Shown here: positions 1-7,853 of the stretch, one piece after another
Layout: every line of letters starts with the position of its first letter
Numbering within the stretch: the first letter of the stretch is position 1
DNA from: a virus
Direction: 5' to 3' (one strand)
Virus record (IMG/VR): IMGVR_UViG_3300046824_000128
Span: 1-36,180 of that record
DNA length: 36,180 bases
Notes under the pieces: generated by a model
The model's database searches: none
The model's input: only the letters and a program-made list of their open reading frames with translations
What the model was told of the DNA's origin: nothing
Made by a program: the position numbers and the translations under genes

Positions 1-127
1 CCGAAGGCGAACGTGCCGCTGGCCGATGCGATGCACGGTTGGTCGAAGGACTACCTGCAGGCGCAGGGCGGCGCGCCCGGCGCGCCGGTCTCGGTCAGCG
101 ACCTGTCGAAGACGATCAGCGCCCTCG
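1..127. repeat. Terminal direct repeat, left copy (identical to 36054..36180); signature of a circular contig
   Basis: Read base by base, 1-127 equals 36054-36180 with no mismatch seen. 127 nt is a common maximal de Bruijn k-mer, so this is most likely the assembly overlap of a circular molecule, not a biological terminal repeat. Confidence 0.9.
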
Positions 128-615
128 AAGAGAAGGGCTACGGCGGCATGGGGGCGAAGCTGCCGCCGGGGGACGCCAAGAAGGCGGCGCGCCTCATCGC
201 GGGCGCGCTCGATGACGTCATGGACGACCACATCGGCACCGTGGCGGCCAAGAACCCCGCCGCCGCGCAGGCGGCGAAGGAGATCGAGCGCAAGACCGCC
301 GAGTTTCGCGTGCTGAAGACGGTGCAGCCGATCGTCGACCAGCGCGCGGTGGCCGAACGGTTCGCGCCGACGGCGGTGCAGCGTTTCGCTGCGGAACCGG
401 GTAAGGCGGTGAAGAACGCCGCGGCGGCCGTCGTAACGGCGCCCGTGCGCGCGGTGGCGGCGGTGCCCGGTGCGGTTGACACGATGATGGCCCGGCTGTT
501 CGCGGCGCGTGCCGCCGGCGGTGTCACGCCTGACCTGCTGCAGGCGGCCGAGAAGGCCGGCGTGGCGGCCCCGGCGCTGCAGTTCTTCGCGCGCCCGGCG
601 GAGCAGCGGCGGTGA
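1..615 (+). CDS. 3' portion (last 204 codons) of the wrap-around gene that starts at 35178; internal virion/ejection-type protein, Ala-rich
   Basis: The frame of 13..615 extends open to base 1 and is continuous with the open frame that leaves the window at 36180. High GC3. Stop TGA at 613-615. Confidence 0.85.
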   Translation, partial: PKANVPLADAMHGWSKDYLQAQGGAPGAPVSVSDLSKTISALEEKGYGGMGAKLPPGDAKKAARLIAGALDDVMDDHIGTVAAKNPAAAQAAKEIERKTAEFRVLKTVQPIVDQRAVAERFAPTAVQRFAAEPGKAVKNAAAAVVTAPVRAVAAVPGAVDTMMARLFAARAAGGVTPDLLQAAEKAGVAAPALQFFARPAEQRR

Positions 616-617
616 GG

Positions 618-839
618 CTACTGCGGCAGCTCGGGCATCGGCTCGCCCTCGAGGTCTTCGGCGTCTTCCATCGCCTCGAGCAGATCGCCCGGCTCGCGCT
701 TGCTGGCGGCGGCGAGCGCCTCGAAGTTCCGCACCGCGAGGACCCGGCAGTATTCGAGCACGCGGCGCTCCGAGCTGCGGACCATCGAGCGCACCACGAG
801 GAGCGCGACCAGGGCGACGACGATCATCTCGACGAGCAT
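618..839 (-). CDS. Small membrane-anchored protein (73 aa): N-terminal TM helix, acidic C-terminus; opposite-strand insert in the late arm
   Basis: ATG at 839 preceded by AGGA. N-terminus MLVEMIVVALVALLVVRSMV is hydrophobic. High GC3. Its stop lies 3 nt from the stop of the convergent plus-strand gene. Confidence 0.7.
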   Translation of the reverse strand: MLVEMIVVALVALLVVRSMVRSSERRVLEYCRVLAVRNFEALAAASKREPGDLLEAMEDAEDLEGEPMPELPQ

Positions 840-931
840 CGTCTGATCCTGTCAGCTTTCGGGTGCGCCCTGCAATCTGGGCGGGCGTTCAGGTGATCGA
901 CTGCGGCGAGGCGCTGGTGGCGGTGGTCGGG

Positions 932-1690
932 ATGCGGCGGGTCATCGACCGGTCGCTCAAGTACATCACGCTCGAGGAGCGTCAGCGCGCGGCCCGGCTG
1001 GAGGCGCGGATCGACCAGCTGGCGGCTCAGCTGGTCAACGGCACGCTGACCGGCGCCGAAGCGCCGTCCCCGGTCGACTACGACGACATGCTGACGCAGC
1101 TGACCGAGCCGCCCACGGTCGAGCAGCTCGAGCTCATGATCCGCAGCCTGCCCGGTGAGGACCACGACGACGCCGCGGCCTTCCTGGCGGTCGCTGGCGG
1201 CTGCTGGAAGTACCTGCAGGCCTCGCTGCCCATCGTGGTCCAGCGGGGCCTCTACGGCGCCGAGAACCTGCCGCCCTCGGGCGTGGCGCTGACCACGTTC
1301 GAGTTCCTGCTCGAGGTGCTCGACGATCCGCTCTGCACCTTCGACCTGATGGCCATCGGCGCGCTGCTGCGCAGCCAGGGCGCGGCGCTGCTGAGCTGCT
1401 TCCCGACGATTCACGCCGCGATCGTCGGGTCCATCACCGAGCGGATGGCCGGGGACCCGACGGGCGGCCAGGTGGCCCTCTCGGTGTCGGCGCTGACCGG
1501 CATGCCCTACCAGGACCCGCGCGTGACGCAGGCGCTGGCGGCGAGCGACCAGGCCCAGGCGATGAAGGACCAGGCCCAGGCGATGAAGGACCAGGCCCAG
1601 GCGGCGAAGGGCCGCCAGCAGCAGCCGCAGGACAGCCGCATGGCGCAGATGACCGCCCCGCCGTCCACGTCGGGCCCCGGTCCGCGGTAG
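932..1690 (+). CDS. Virion-associated or hypothetical protein (252 aa) with a C-terminal DQAQAMK tandem repeat
   Basis: This is the plausibly coding part of track ORF 509..1690; the upstream part is an Arg-rich shadow. ATG at 932 follows GGTGG; an alternative GTG lies at 893. High GC3. Confidence 0.7.
   Translation: MRRVIDRSLKYITLEERQRAARLEARIDQLAAQLVNGTLTGAEAPSPVDYDDMLTQLTEPPTVEQLELMIRSLPGEDHDDAAAFLAVAGGCWKYLQASLPIVVQRGLYGAENLPPSGVALTTFEFLLEVLDDPLCTFDLMAIGALLRSQGAALLSCFPTIHAAIVGSITERMAGDPTGGQVALSVSALTGMPYQDPRVTQALAASDQAQAMKDQAQAMKDQAQAAKGRQQQPQDSRMAQMTAPPSTSGPGPR
1547..1609 (+). repeat. 3 x 21-bp tandem repeat (GACCAGGCCCAGGCGATGAAG x2 plus a variant), encoding DQAQAMK/DQAQAMK/DQAQAAK
   Basis: Direct reading of the sequence. 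Units are 1547-1567, 1568-1588 and 1589-1609. Confidence 0.9.
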
Positions 1691-1700
1691 CGAAATGCCC
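1682..1700 (+). promoter_or_regulatory. Conserved late-arm motif, copy 1 (CCGCGGTAGCGAAATGCCC)
   Basis: Identical to copy 2 and nearly identical to copies 3 and 4. It lies 17 nt upstream of GTG 1718, with cGAGGG at the same offset as in copy 4. The motif's TAG is the stop codon of the upstream gene. Confidence 0.55.
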
Positions 1701-1717
1701 TGGTCGAGGGCAACCCG

Positions 1718-2149
1718 GTGGCGAAATCCAAGATAGGTGCGCTCGGCGGCAACGACGCCGGCCACGCGATCTCCGCGGGCGTGATGACGGGCGTCGCCGT
1801 GCTGCAGTTCGTGCTCGACGTCGACGAGGTGGATTGGCTGACCTTCGACATCGGCTACACCGGGACGCCCACCGGGACGTTCAAGGTCGAGTCGAGCAAC
1901 AGCTACCTGCCGAACAAGCGCGATCTGAGCGGCATCGTGGTGCCGCCGATCCGCGCCGGGTCCTGGACGAACCTCACGACCAGGCTCGCGCCGGCGATCA
2001 CCAACCCGGCCGGCGCCGCGGGCAACCAGTTCGTCGGCTTCCCGATGGGCGACGTCGCCGTCGGCGGCAGCTACGTGCGGTTCACGTACACGAACACGAG
2101 CGGCGCCGGCGTGCTCGACGTGTTCTACAACGGGAAGGCGATCGGCTGA
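1718..2149 (+). CDS. Beta-rich structural protein (143 aa), probably a tail or receptor-binding accessory
   Basis: GTG start with a GAGGG Shine-Dalgarno sequence. Beta-sandwich-like sequence (FKVESSNSY..., VRFTYTNTSG). TGATG overlap with the next gene. Confidence 0.75.
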   Translation: MAKSKIGALGGNDAGHAISAGVMTGVAVLQFVLDVDEVDWLTFDIGYTGTPTGTFKVESSNSYLPNKRDLSGIVVPPIRAGSWTNLTTRLAPAITNPAGAAGNQFVGFPMGDVAVGGSYVRFTYTNTSGAGVLDVFYNGKAIG

Positions 2150-2910
2150 TGGCGAACCCCGCAGGGACTGCGCTCGACGTCTTCGCGGCCCCGGTAGGAC
2201 CATCGGCGCCCAATTCCATGCGCCTGGCGCTGCCGGACGGCGTGACCCCGTCGGTGTCGGTGAACGGTGGCCCGTACCAGGGCCTCGGCGGCGGCAACAG
2301 CAACGACTGGTACGGTCGGATGTCGACGTTCCTGTTCGCCAAGATCCCGCAGCTCAACACTGCGATCCCAGTCAAGATGGGCGCTTCACCCAACAGCGCC
2401 GCCAGCGCCACTTGGGCCGATGGATTCACCGAGGGGGGCAGCATCAACGGCGGCGCTACCGGCTGGGCAAAAGCGTCGGTAGCGACGGTCTACCAGACGC
2501 CCAAGACGGGCAAGGTTGGCGTGGGATTTCGTGCACGAATGGCGGCCACACCGCCATCGGCGCAGGGAGCGCTCGGCATCGTCAACACCGCGAACTCGCA
2601 TCACGTTACGGTGCAGACGATCAACACGGACACGCACTACATTCTGCGGATCACCGGCGGCGCGACAACGCAGTTCATCACAGCCGTATTGGCCGACCAC
2701 CTGTTCCACGACTGGGCGTTCACGCTCGATGGGACGACGTTCTCCGTCTACATGGATTCGATCGCTCTCGGCGCCGCTGCCGTTCCGATCGGTACCCTGA
2801 CGGACTTCACCAACCTCATCGACGAGGGCATGGCGCCGGGATGGCTGGACGCGGGCGGGGCGTCGCATACCGACGTCAGCGACTGCCTCTATGCCTATAT
2901 CGCTCCCTAG
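2149..2910 (+). CDS. Tail fiber/receptor-binding candidate with a ConA/LamG-like lectin-fold signature (253 aa)
   Basis: ATG 2149 overlaps the upstream TGA. The C-terminal half (HHVTVQ..YILRITGG..DWAFTLDGTTFSVYMDS) resembles the LamG/ConA-like pattern. The upstream part of track ORF 1834..2910 is a shadow. Confidence 0.7.
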   Translation: MANPAGTALDVFAAPVGPSAPNSMRLALPDGVTPSVSVNGGPYQGLGGGNSNDWYGRMSTFLFAKIPQLNTAIPVKMGASPNSAASATWADGFTEGGSINGGATGWAKASVATVYQTPKTGKVGVGFRARMAATPPSAQGALGIVNTANSHHVTVQTINTDTHYILRITGGATTQFITAVLADHLFHDWAFTLDGTTFSVYMDSIALGAAAVPIGTLTDFTNLIDEGMAPGWLDAGGASHTDVSDCLYAYIAP

Positions 2911-3979
2911 GCTCATGAGGGGAGGTTTTGCTGCTCCCTGGTGGGCTCCGTCGAGCCCTGCCTACACTACAGCGCTGAACCTCGCCGACAACGTCGAGAG
3001 CAGCGCCGCGACGATCCAGGGCGCTCCTGGTGGAGGATTTCGCACCAACGGAATGGCCGTCGTGCCTCTCTCTGTGCCCGCCGGAACGTATGCGCTAACC
3101 GTCTACTGCGGCAGCGACTTCATTGGCGAGGCCGGCGGCGGCGATCCTGGCGTGGGCGTGTTCATCGACGGCATCTATTTGACCGAGCTAGTCGTCACCG
3201 CGAACGGCGTAACGTGCTTTGTGCTGCCGCTCGATGGGCAGGCGCATTCGGTCGACCTATACAACGGATTCCAACAGAACAATGTCGCGGGCCTCAGGGG
3301 CACGTATGTAACCGCCGTATCGGGCAAGGGCGTCACGTTCCGCGCGGTCGCCACGCCGACGGTTCGGTTGGCCTTTTACGGCGACTCGATCACGTCGGGC
3401 ATGCTCGGAGCGCCGATGCCGCAGCAATCGTTTTTCGGACGCACGCGCAAGGTTCTGTCGGGCCGTTGCTCAATGGAGGCGTGGGGCGGCCGACGCCTCG
3501 GTGACGATTCGGGCGCATCGGGGCGAACGGGCCTCGGATCTATCAACGCGCTGGCTGCCAGAATGGTGGCGCTGGTGGCGGGAGCAACGACTCGGAAGAT
3601 CGTGCTGCTGATCGGCGTGAACGACTGGGGGAATGGTCCGCTCACAGCCGCCACGTTCCAGACCGCATATGCGTCGCTGCTGACGGCGATCAACGCCGCC
3701 GATTCTGGCGCACTGATTTATGCCGTGTCGCTGACCATCTCGAGCAACGAGGCGGCGCTGGGATTCAACGGCGACGCGAAACCCGCATGGCGCACGGCTA
3801 CAAGCAATGCGGCGGCAGGCAAGCCGAACACAACGTTCGTAGACGGTACGACCTTGATGGTAGCCGGCGGGCTCAGCGGTGACGGCCTGCATCCGGCAAC
3901 GCTCGGTCATCAGGCCATCTTCGACGGGACGGGCGGCTTTGGTGGGGCAACCAACCTGCGCGCCGTGCTCAGCATCTAG
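2891..3979 (+). CDS. SGNH/GDSL hydrolase (putative polysaccharide O-acetyl esterase, tailspike-like) with an N-terminal jelly-roll-like domain
   Basis: SGNH blocks visible: FYGDSITSG (block I), GVNDWG (block III), DGLHP (block V). Alternative start ATG 2915. It is the last gene of the plus arm. Confidence 0.8.
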   Translation: MPISLPRLMRGGFAAPWWAPSSPAYTTALNLADNVESSAATIQGAPGGGFRTNGMAVVPLSVPAGTYALTVYCGSDFIGEAGGGDPGVGVFIDGIYLTELVVTANGVTCFVLPLDGQAHSVDLYNGFQQNNVAGLRGTYVTAVSGKGVTFRAVATPTVRLAFYGDSITSGMLGAPMPQQSFFGRTRKVLSGRCSMEAWGGRRLGDDSGASGRTGLGSINALAARMVALVAGATTRKIVLLIGVNDWGNGPLTAATFQTAYASLLTAINAADSGALIYAVSLTISSNEAALGFNGDAKPAWRTATSNAAAGKPNTTFVDGTTLMVAGGLSGDGLHPATLGHQAIFDGTGGFGGATNLRAVLSI

Positions 3980-3982
3980 GAG

Positions 3983-4396
3983 CTACACCATCGGCGTCAC
4001 TTCGAGCTCCACCCGCGGGTTCTCCCGGTCGATGAGCAGCCGCGACCCGTCCCACGATGCGATCTGCCTGTCGTCGGCGAGCACGCACGGAATCTTGCTC
4101 TTGCCGTGGCCGCCCTGGAGCGCGTCGCCGATGGCCTGGATGTAGCCGGCTAGATCGCCGCGGTCGGCGTCGCGAAAGATCCGCGCGCGCACCTCCACTT
4201 GAGTCTCGGCATTTGTCGGCACCACCGGCGGCCGACCTACCCAGTCCCGTCGGTACTGCCGGCACAGCTGCGCGATGGCGCTCGCCTCCCAGGCCACCGC
4301 CGCCTCGCTCGGGACGGTGTAGACCCGCGCGCCCCGCTGGATGCGGCGAAGGGAGTTCTTCTTCGTGCGCGGGGGGCCGATGATGGTGAACGTCAC
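3983..4396 (-). CDS. rusA: RusA-family Holliday junction resolvase (137 aa)
   Basis: GPPRTKKN near the N-terminus and acidic motifs (DADRGDLAGYIQAIGDAL, LADDRQI) typical of RusA. GTG 4396 overlaps the upstream TGA (GTGA). The longer track ORF start is a shadow. Confidence 0.75.
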   Translation of the reverse strand: MTFTIIGPPRTKKNSLRRIQRGARVYTVPSEAAVAWEASAIAQLCRQYRRDWVGRPPVVPTNAETQVEVRARIFRDADRGDLAGYIQAIGDALQGGHGKSKIPCVLADDRQIASWDGSRLLIDRENPRVELEVTPMV

Positions 4397-4680
4397 GGCT
4401 TCCTGAGAGCGCGGATGGCGTGCTCGGCGAGGGACAGACAGAGCGAGACCGTCGCGCCTGTAGATCCGCCGCTGGCACTGTCGGCGCCGACCGCCGCGAC
4501 GTGAACCAGATCGGCCGCCTCCCGCAGCGCTTCGTCCCGCGCCTCCTTGGAGAGACGGCGCTCTGTCACGATGGCTTTGGCGATGTCGTCGACCAGCCCC
4601 TGGCGCGCGGTCATGTGCGCGGGCACCCAGCGCGTTGCGATCGATTCGGCCTCGGCCTTCGCGGCTTCGTCGGCGGTCAC
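4393..4680 (-). CDS. Hypothetical protein (95 aa), Ala-rich helical; shares a module with the two upstream genes
   Basis: GTG 4680 in a GTGA overlap with the upstream stop. High GC3. Confidence 0.65.
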   Translation of the reverse strand: MTADEAAKAEAESIATRWVPAHMTARQGLVDDIAKAIVTERRLSKEARDEALREAADLVHVAAVGADSASGGSTGATVSLCLSLAEHAIRALRKP

Positions 4681-5558
4681 TTGCCGCCTCGTCGGGCGAT
4701 GGCGTCTGCGATCGCAGCGCAGGGAGACGCGCCGTCCAGGCCGTCGCGCGCGATGGCGATGCACGCCTCCCGCTCGGCCGCGGGCACGGCGGCGTAGGCC
4801 TCACGAACGGCGGCTTGCATCGCCTGCCACATCACTGCGAAGCTGCGCGCGCCATCGTAGTGCCTACCGGCAATCTCCCGCACCACCGCCTCATCGTCCG
4901 CGCCCGGCCCGGCGGCCTCGGGCGGGGGCGGTGCAGCTGCGGGATGCTCTAGCGCCGCAAGTCGCGCCTGCCACTTCAGGAACTCGCCGACGATTCGGTA
5001 ACTCCAGTCGTCGAGCTTGGCGAGCTTGTTCTGCGCCTCGGCCATCGCGTTCTGGGTCGCCGAATCCTGCGCCAACCTGCTGAGGTCAACCTCCAGCCCA
5101 TCCAGCCGCTTGGCGAGCGCAGCGACTGCGAGCATCAGCGGCTTATCGTCGTGGACGTGCCACTCGCATCGGCCTTCGCTGTCGAACTGGCAGGGATACT
5201 TCGACTGCGACACCTTCGGCTTCGCCCCCTCCCCCTGCGCCTGCTCGGCTGGCGTCGCTGCGGCACTGGGCCATACCGTGACAAAAGCGCGCAGTTTGGC
5301 CGACAGGCCATCATCGCGCACGTTCGGGAACGCCTCGCTGATCAGCCGCCGCGCCTCGGCCAGCTCGCCCTTGAGCCGGTCACGTTCGTCCTGCACGGTC
5401 TTGAGCACGTCGGCCGCGAAGTCGTGCGCGGCTCGCTCCTTGTCCCGCTCGGCCCGCGCTTCCTCGACGAGACGGCGCCACTCGGCGTCGCGCCTGCTCA
5501 AACATTCCTCCCGGCTCAGCGCCGCCGTATCATCCAAAAACTGCTCCAGCGTCTTCAT
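4677..5558 (-). CDS. Hypothetical coiled-coil protein (293 aa) with a C-terminal AVREAYAA module
   Basis: ATG 5558 in an ATGA overlap. The sequence MKTLEQFLDD... looks plausible, whereas the track N-terminus is Arg-rich shadow. Confidence 0.75.
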   Translation of the reverse strand: MKTLEQFLDDTAALSREECLSRRDAEWRRLVEEARAERDKERAAHDFAADVLKTVQDERDRLKGELAEARRLISEAFPNVRDDGLSAKLRAFVTVWPSAAATPAEQAQGEGAKPKVSQSKYPCQFDSEGRCEWHVHDDKPLMLAVAALAKRLDGLEVDLSRLAQDSATQNAMAEAQNKLAKLDDWSYRIVGEFLKWQARLAALEHPAAAPPPPEAAGPGADDEAVVREIAGRHYDGARSFAVMWQAMQAAVREAYAAVPAAEREACIAIARDGLDGASPCAAIADAIARRGGK

Positions 5559-6301
5559 TTGCCCTGACCTCCAGAGCGGCGAGCTGCCAGCGCGTCTGCA
5601 ATCTCCAACGCCGCTGCGTCGTATCCGCGCCAGAGGTCGGTATCGGCATCCAGCGCCCGATGTGCTCGCGCGCAGGACTCGGCCTCTTGCAACGCCTCCC
5701 TCGCCCCGAGAGCGCGGCCACGTTCGAGGCCGGCGGCGTAGGCTTCGCGGACGGCCTGATACATCGCGGGGCCCATGGCGTTTCGGGCCGTTCCCTTCGT
5801 GTACCATTTGCGGGCGATTTCGGTAATCTCGTCGCCCGGAGGCTGGTCGCAGCAGCATTCCCCTTCGCGCTCTGCGCAGGCCGCGCAAACAGCGCGCCCG
5901 CACAGCGGACAAATGTCTGCGAATCCATTGCCGCACGAATAGCAGACGAGCCCTCCCGCCGCGTCGCCATCGCCCGAGACGGGAGGGGCGGCAGGACTCC
6001 AGTCTGGTCCATGCAGAGATTCCATTTGGGCGAGAGATGGACGCGCGTCGGTCTTGCACTCGTCCATCGAGCATGCGTTGCACAGACCGGTCTCGCTCGG
6101 GTTGGTCCACCGTCCACATTTCAGCCCGCACGGCACGTAACCGATTGGCGCCGCGTCGGCTGGCGGTTGGGGCACGGGCGCCTCGACGAAGGCGTGAGCA
6201 TACCCAGGCGCAAACCGACTGTTGCGATGTGAGTCGCGCCACAGGCCGCACTTGTCGCCGTCGCCCCAAACGTGGGCGCATCGGTCAGCTTCGGTTTTCA
6301 T
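5555..6301 (-). CDS. Cys-rich (multi Zn-ribbon-like) protein (248 aa) with a C-terminal AVREAYAA module
   Basis: ATG 6301 in an ATGA overlap. Many CxxC pairs are present (CYSCGNGFADICPLCGRAVCAAC). Confidence 0.75.
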   Translation of the reverse strand: MKTEADRCAHVWGDGDKCGLWRDSHRNSRFAPGYAHAFVEAPVPQPPADAAPIGYVPCGLKCGRWTNPSETGLCNACSMDECKTDARPSLAQMESLHGPDWSPAAPPVSGDGDAAGGLVCYSCGNGFADICPLCGRAVCAACAEREGECCCDQPPGDEITEIARKWYTKGTARNAMGPAMYQAVREAYAAGLERGRALGAREALQEAESCARAHRALDADTDLWRGYDAAALEIADALAARRSGGQGK

Positions 6302-7089
6302 CGCGCCTCCGGGAGCGTCGGGTCTTCGAGGCCCATTGAGTGCGCCATCGGCGGCTTGACGATGCGCTCGGGGCCTGTGTACGGCTTGCCGTACTGGGCG
6401 GTAGTGACGTGGTGCTGTTCGTACGCAAGCGCACACGGGTCGCACCACTCGACGCGGAGTGGCTTCTTTCTGATGTAGTCCATGATGATGCGCGTCTTCG
6501 GAGCATCTGGACAACGTCCCGTCGCCGCTTGGCACACCGGCCCCTTCGCCGGCTTGGGTTGCTCGGCGGGCCGATGCCGAGCGGGAAGCTTCGCCATGAA
6601 CTTGACCGGCATGTCGTCGGTGAACTTCGAGTCGGATCGCACAGGACCGCCATTCACGTCGCGCGCGGTAAGCTGCTTGGGTTGCTCAGCGGGCTGTGCC
6701 AAGCCGGTGCAGTTGCAATCGCCGCCGCGGTTCACTCGGCACAGCCTAATGTGCCCTTCGGTGCGCTTAATCTCGGCGGGCTGCGCTGCCCTGTCTCGGC
6801 ACTTCATCGAGCACCAGCCCAGCACGTAGCCCTTGCGCCGGCACGTTGCGCCCGAGAGCTTGAAGAACTCGCGCTCATCTTCCGGGCCGTCGATGAAGCC
6901 GTAGACCGCGACGCCATCGTCGGGGAGTGCGCGGCCGCACCAGGGCTGGCAGGCCGCCTTCGCCGCCAGCGGCGGCAGATTGCGCGCGATAGTGCGGTCC
7001 GCGATCCGCCAGCGCGGGTCGGCAATCTTGGCCATGCACTCGTCGATCTGCCGACTCACCTCCGCCAGGAATGCCTCCTCGGGCGTCAT
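6298..7089 (-). CDS. Cys-rich hypothetical protein (263 aa)
   Basis: ATG 7089 shares one nucleotide with the upstream TGA (TGATG). High GC3. Confidence 0.75.
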   Translation of the reverse strand: MTPEEAFLAEVSRQIDECMAKIADPRWRIADRTIARNLPPLAAKAACQPWCGRALPDDGVAVYGFIDGPEDEREFFKLSGATCRRKGYVLGWCSMKCRDRAAQPAEIKRTEGHIRLCRVNRGGDCNCTGLAQPAEQPKQLTARDVNGGPVRSDSKFTDDMPVKFMAKLPARHRPAEQPKPAKGPVCQAATGRCPDAPKTRIIMDYIRKKPLRVEWCDPCALAYEQHHVTTAQYGKPYTGPERIVKPPMAHSMGLEDPTLPEAR

Positions 7090-7853
7090 CAGAACGCCAG
7101 CTCGTCGTCGTCGGCGAAATCGCCGGTGGGCGGCGCCGGCGGCGGCAGCGGGTTGCCGCCCGCGTCCTCGATCTTGAGCTTCTTCGCCTTCGCCCCTTTC
7201 GCCCCCTTGGGCGCCTTGAGCAGCTTCTTCGGCGCCGGCGGCGCCTCGGCGACCTCGGGTAGCTCGTGCGGTGTCGCGTGCCGCTGCCCGTAGTAGCGGC
7301 AGCCCGTCTCGTAGCACCTCACCGGGAGCGGGCGCGACGCCGGCTCGCCGGGGGCGGGCGTAGCAACGAACGGCCTCCCCGCCGAACTAGCATCGCCCGC
7401 CCCCTCGTCGCCTACATCCAGGTCTTCCGCGAGCCGCTCGGCGCGCATCGCCTCGGCCTCCTCGGGCGTCCCCGCCGCGCGCTGCTCCTCGGTCCGCTCG
7501 TCCGGCGCGCCCTTGCGCGCGCCGTCGAGCGAAAGCTGCCGCTCGTCGGGATCCATCTCGCGCTCCTTGACCACCGCCCCCGTGTCGACGCGGTAGGTGC
7601 TCACGCGCCCCGTGAAGGCGTGCGCGACCTCGAAGACCTCGACCTCCCGCTCGATGACCCCCGCGGCCTTGGCGTGGTTCTTCATGTGAATCGAGGCCAG
7701 CAGCGCCTTGATCGCCTCGGGCAGGCGCTTCCGCTCGGCCTCGAGCTTCTCGACCTCGGTCAGCATCAGCGACACCTCGTCGAACAGCGCGAGCTTCTCG
7801 TGCTCGGTGAGGACCACGGGCAGGAGCATCATCTTGGGCGGGTTGGGGTTCAT
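7089..7853 (-). CDS. Protein with an SSB-like acidic C-terminal tip (..PPTGDFADDDELAF); candidate ssDNA-binding or recombination-mediator protein (254 aa)
   Basis: ATG 7853 in an ATGA overlap. The C-terminus resembles the bacterial SSB tail (..DFDDDIPF). It has an N-terminal coiled coil plus a beta-rich region. Confidence 0.75.
   Translation of the reverse strand: MNPNPPKMMLLPVVLTEHEKLALFDEVSLMLTEVEKLEAERKRLPEAIKALLASIHMKNHAKAAGVIEREVEVFEVAHAFTGRVSTYRVDTGAVVKEREMDPDERQLSLDGARKGAPDERTEEQRAAGTPEEAEAMRAERLAEDLDVGDEGAGDASSAGRPFVATPAPGEPASRPLPVRCYETGCRYYGQRHATPHELPEVAEAPPAPKKLLKAPKGAKGAKAKKLKIEDAGGNPLPPPAPPTGDFADDDELAF

Noticed and set aside
1-127. A biological direct terminal repeat (T7-like DTR)
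   Set aside because: The length equals a standard assembler k-mer, and the repeat falls in the middle of a gene, not in a non-coding terminus. An assembly overlap of a circular or circularly permuted genome is more parsimonious. This cannot be excluded without reads.
1682-1700. Sigma54 (-24 GG / -12 GC) promoter interpretation of the four-copy motif
   Set aside because: The GG and GC dinucleotides in CCGCGGTAGCGAAATGCC are separated by 9 nt instead of the strictly required 10, and the flanking TGGCAC/TTGCW context is missing. A T7-like phage-RNAP promoter is also unlikely, because no RNA polymerase gene is present.
824-2203. 459-aa minus-strand ORF, together with similar long ORFs: 22377..24986 (+), 22402..24297 (-), 26122..27495 (-), 26733..29240 (+), 27745..29520 (-), 31697..33322 (-), 33688..35160 (-), 17607..18545 (+)
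   Set aside because: They are extremely Arg/Gly/Pro/His-rich and run in alternative frames or antisense to genes with recognisable function or plausible sequence. These are typical stop-poor shadow frames of high-GC DNA.
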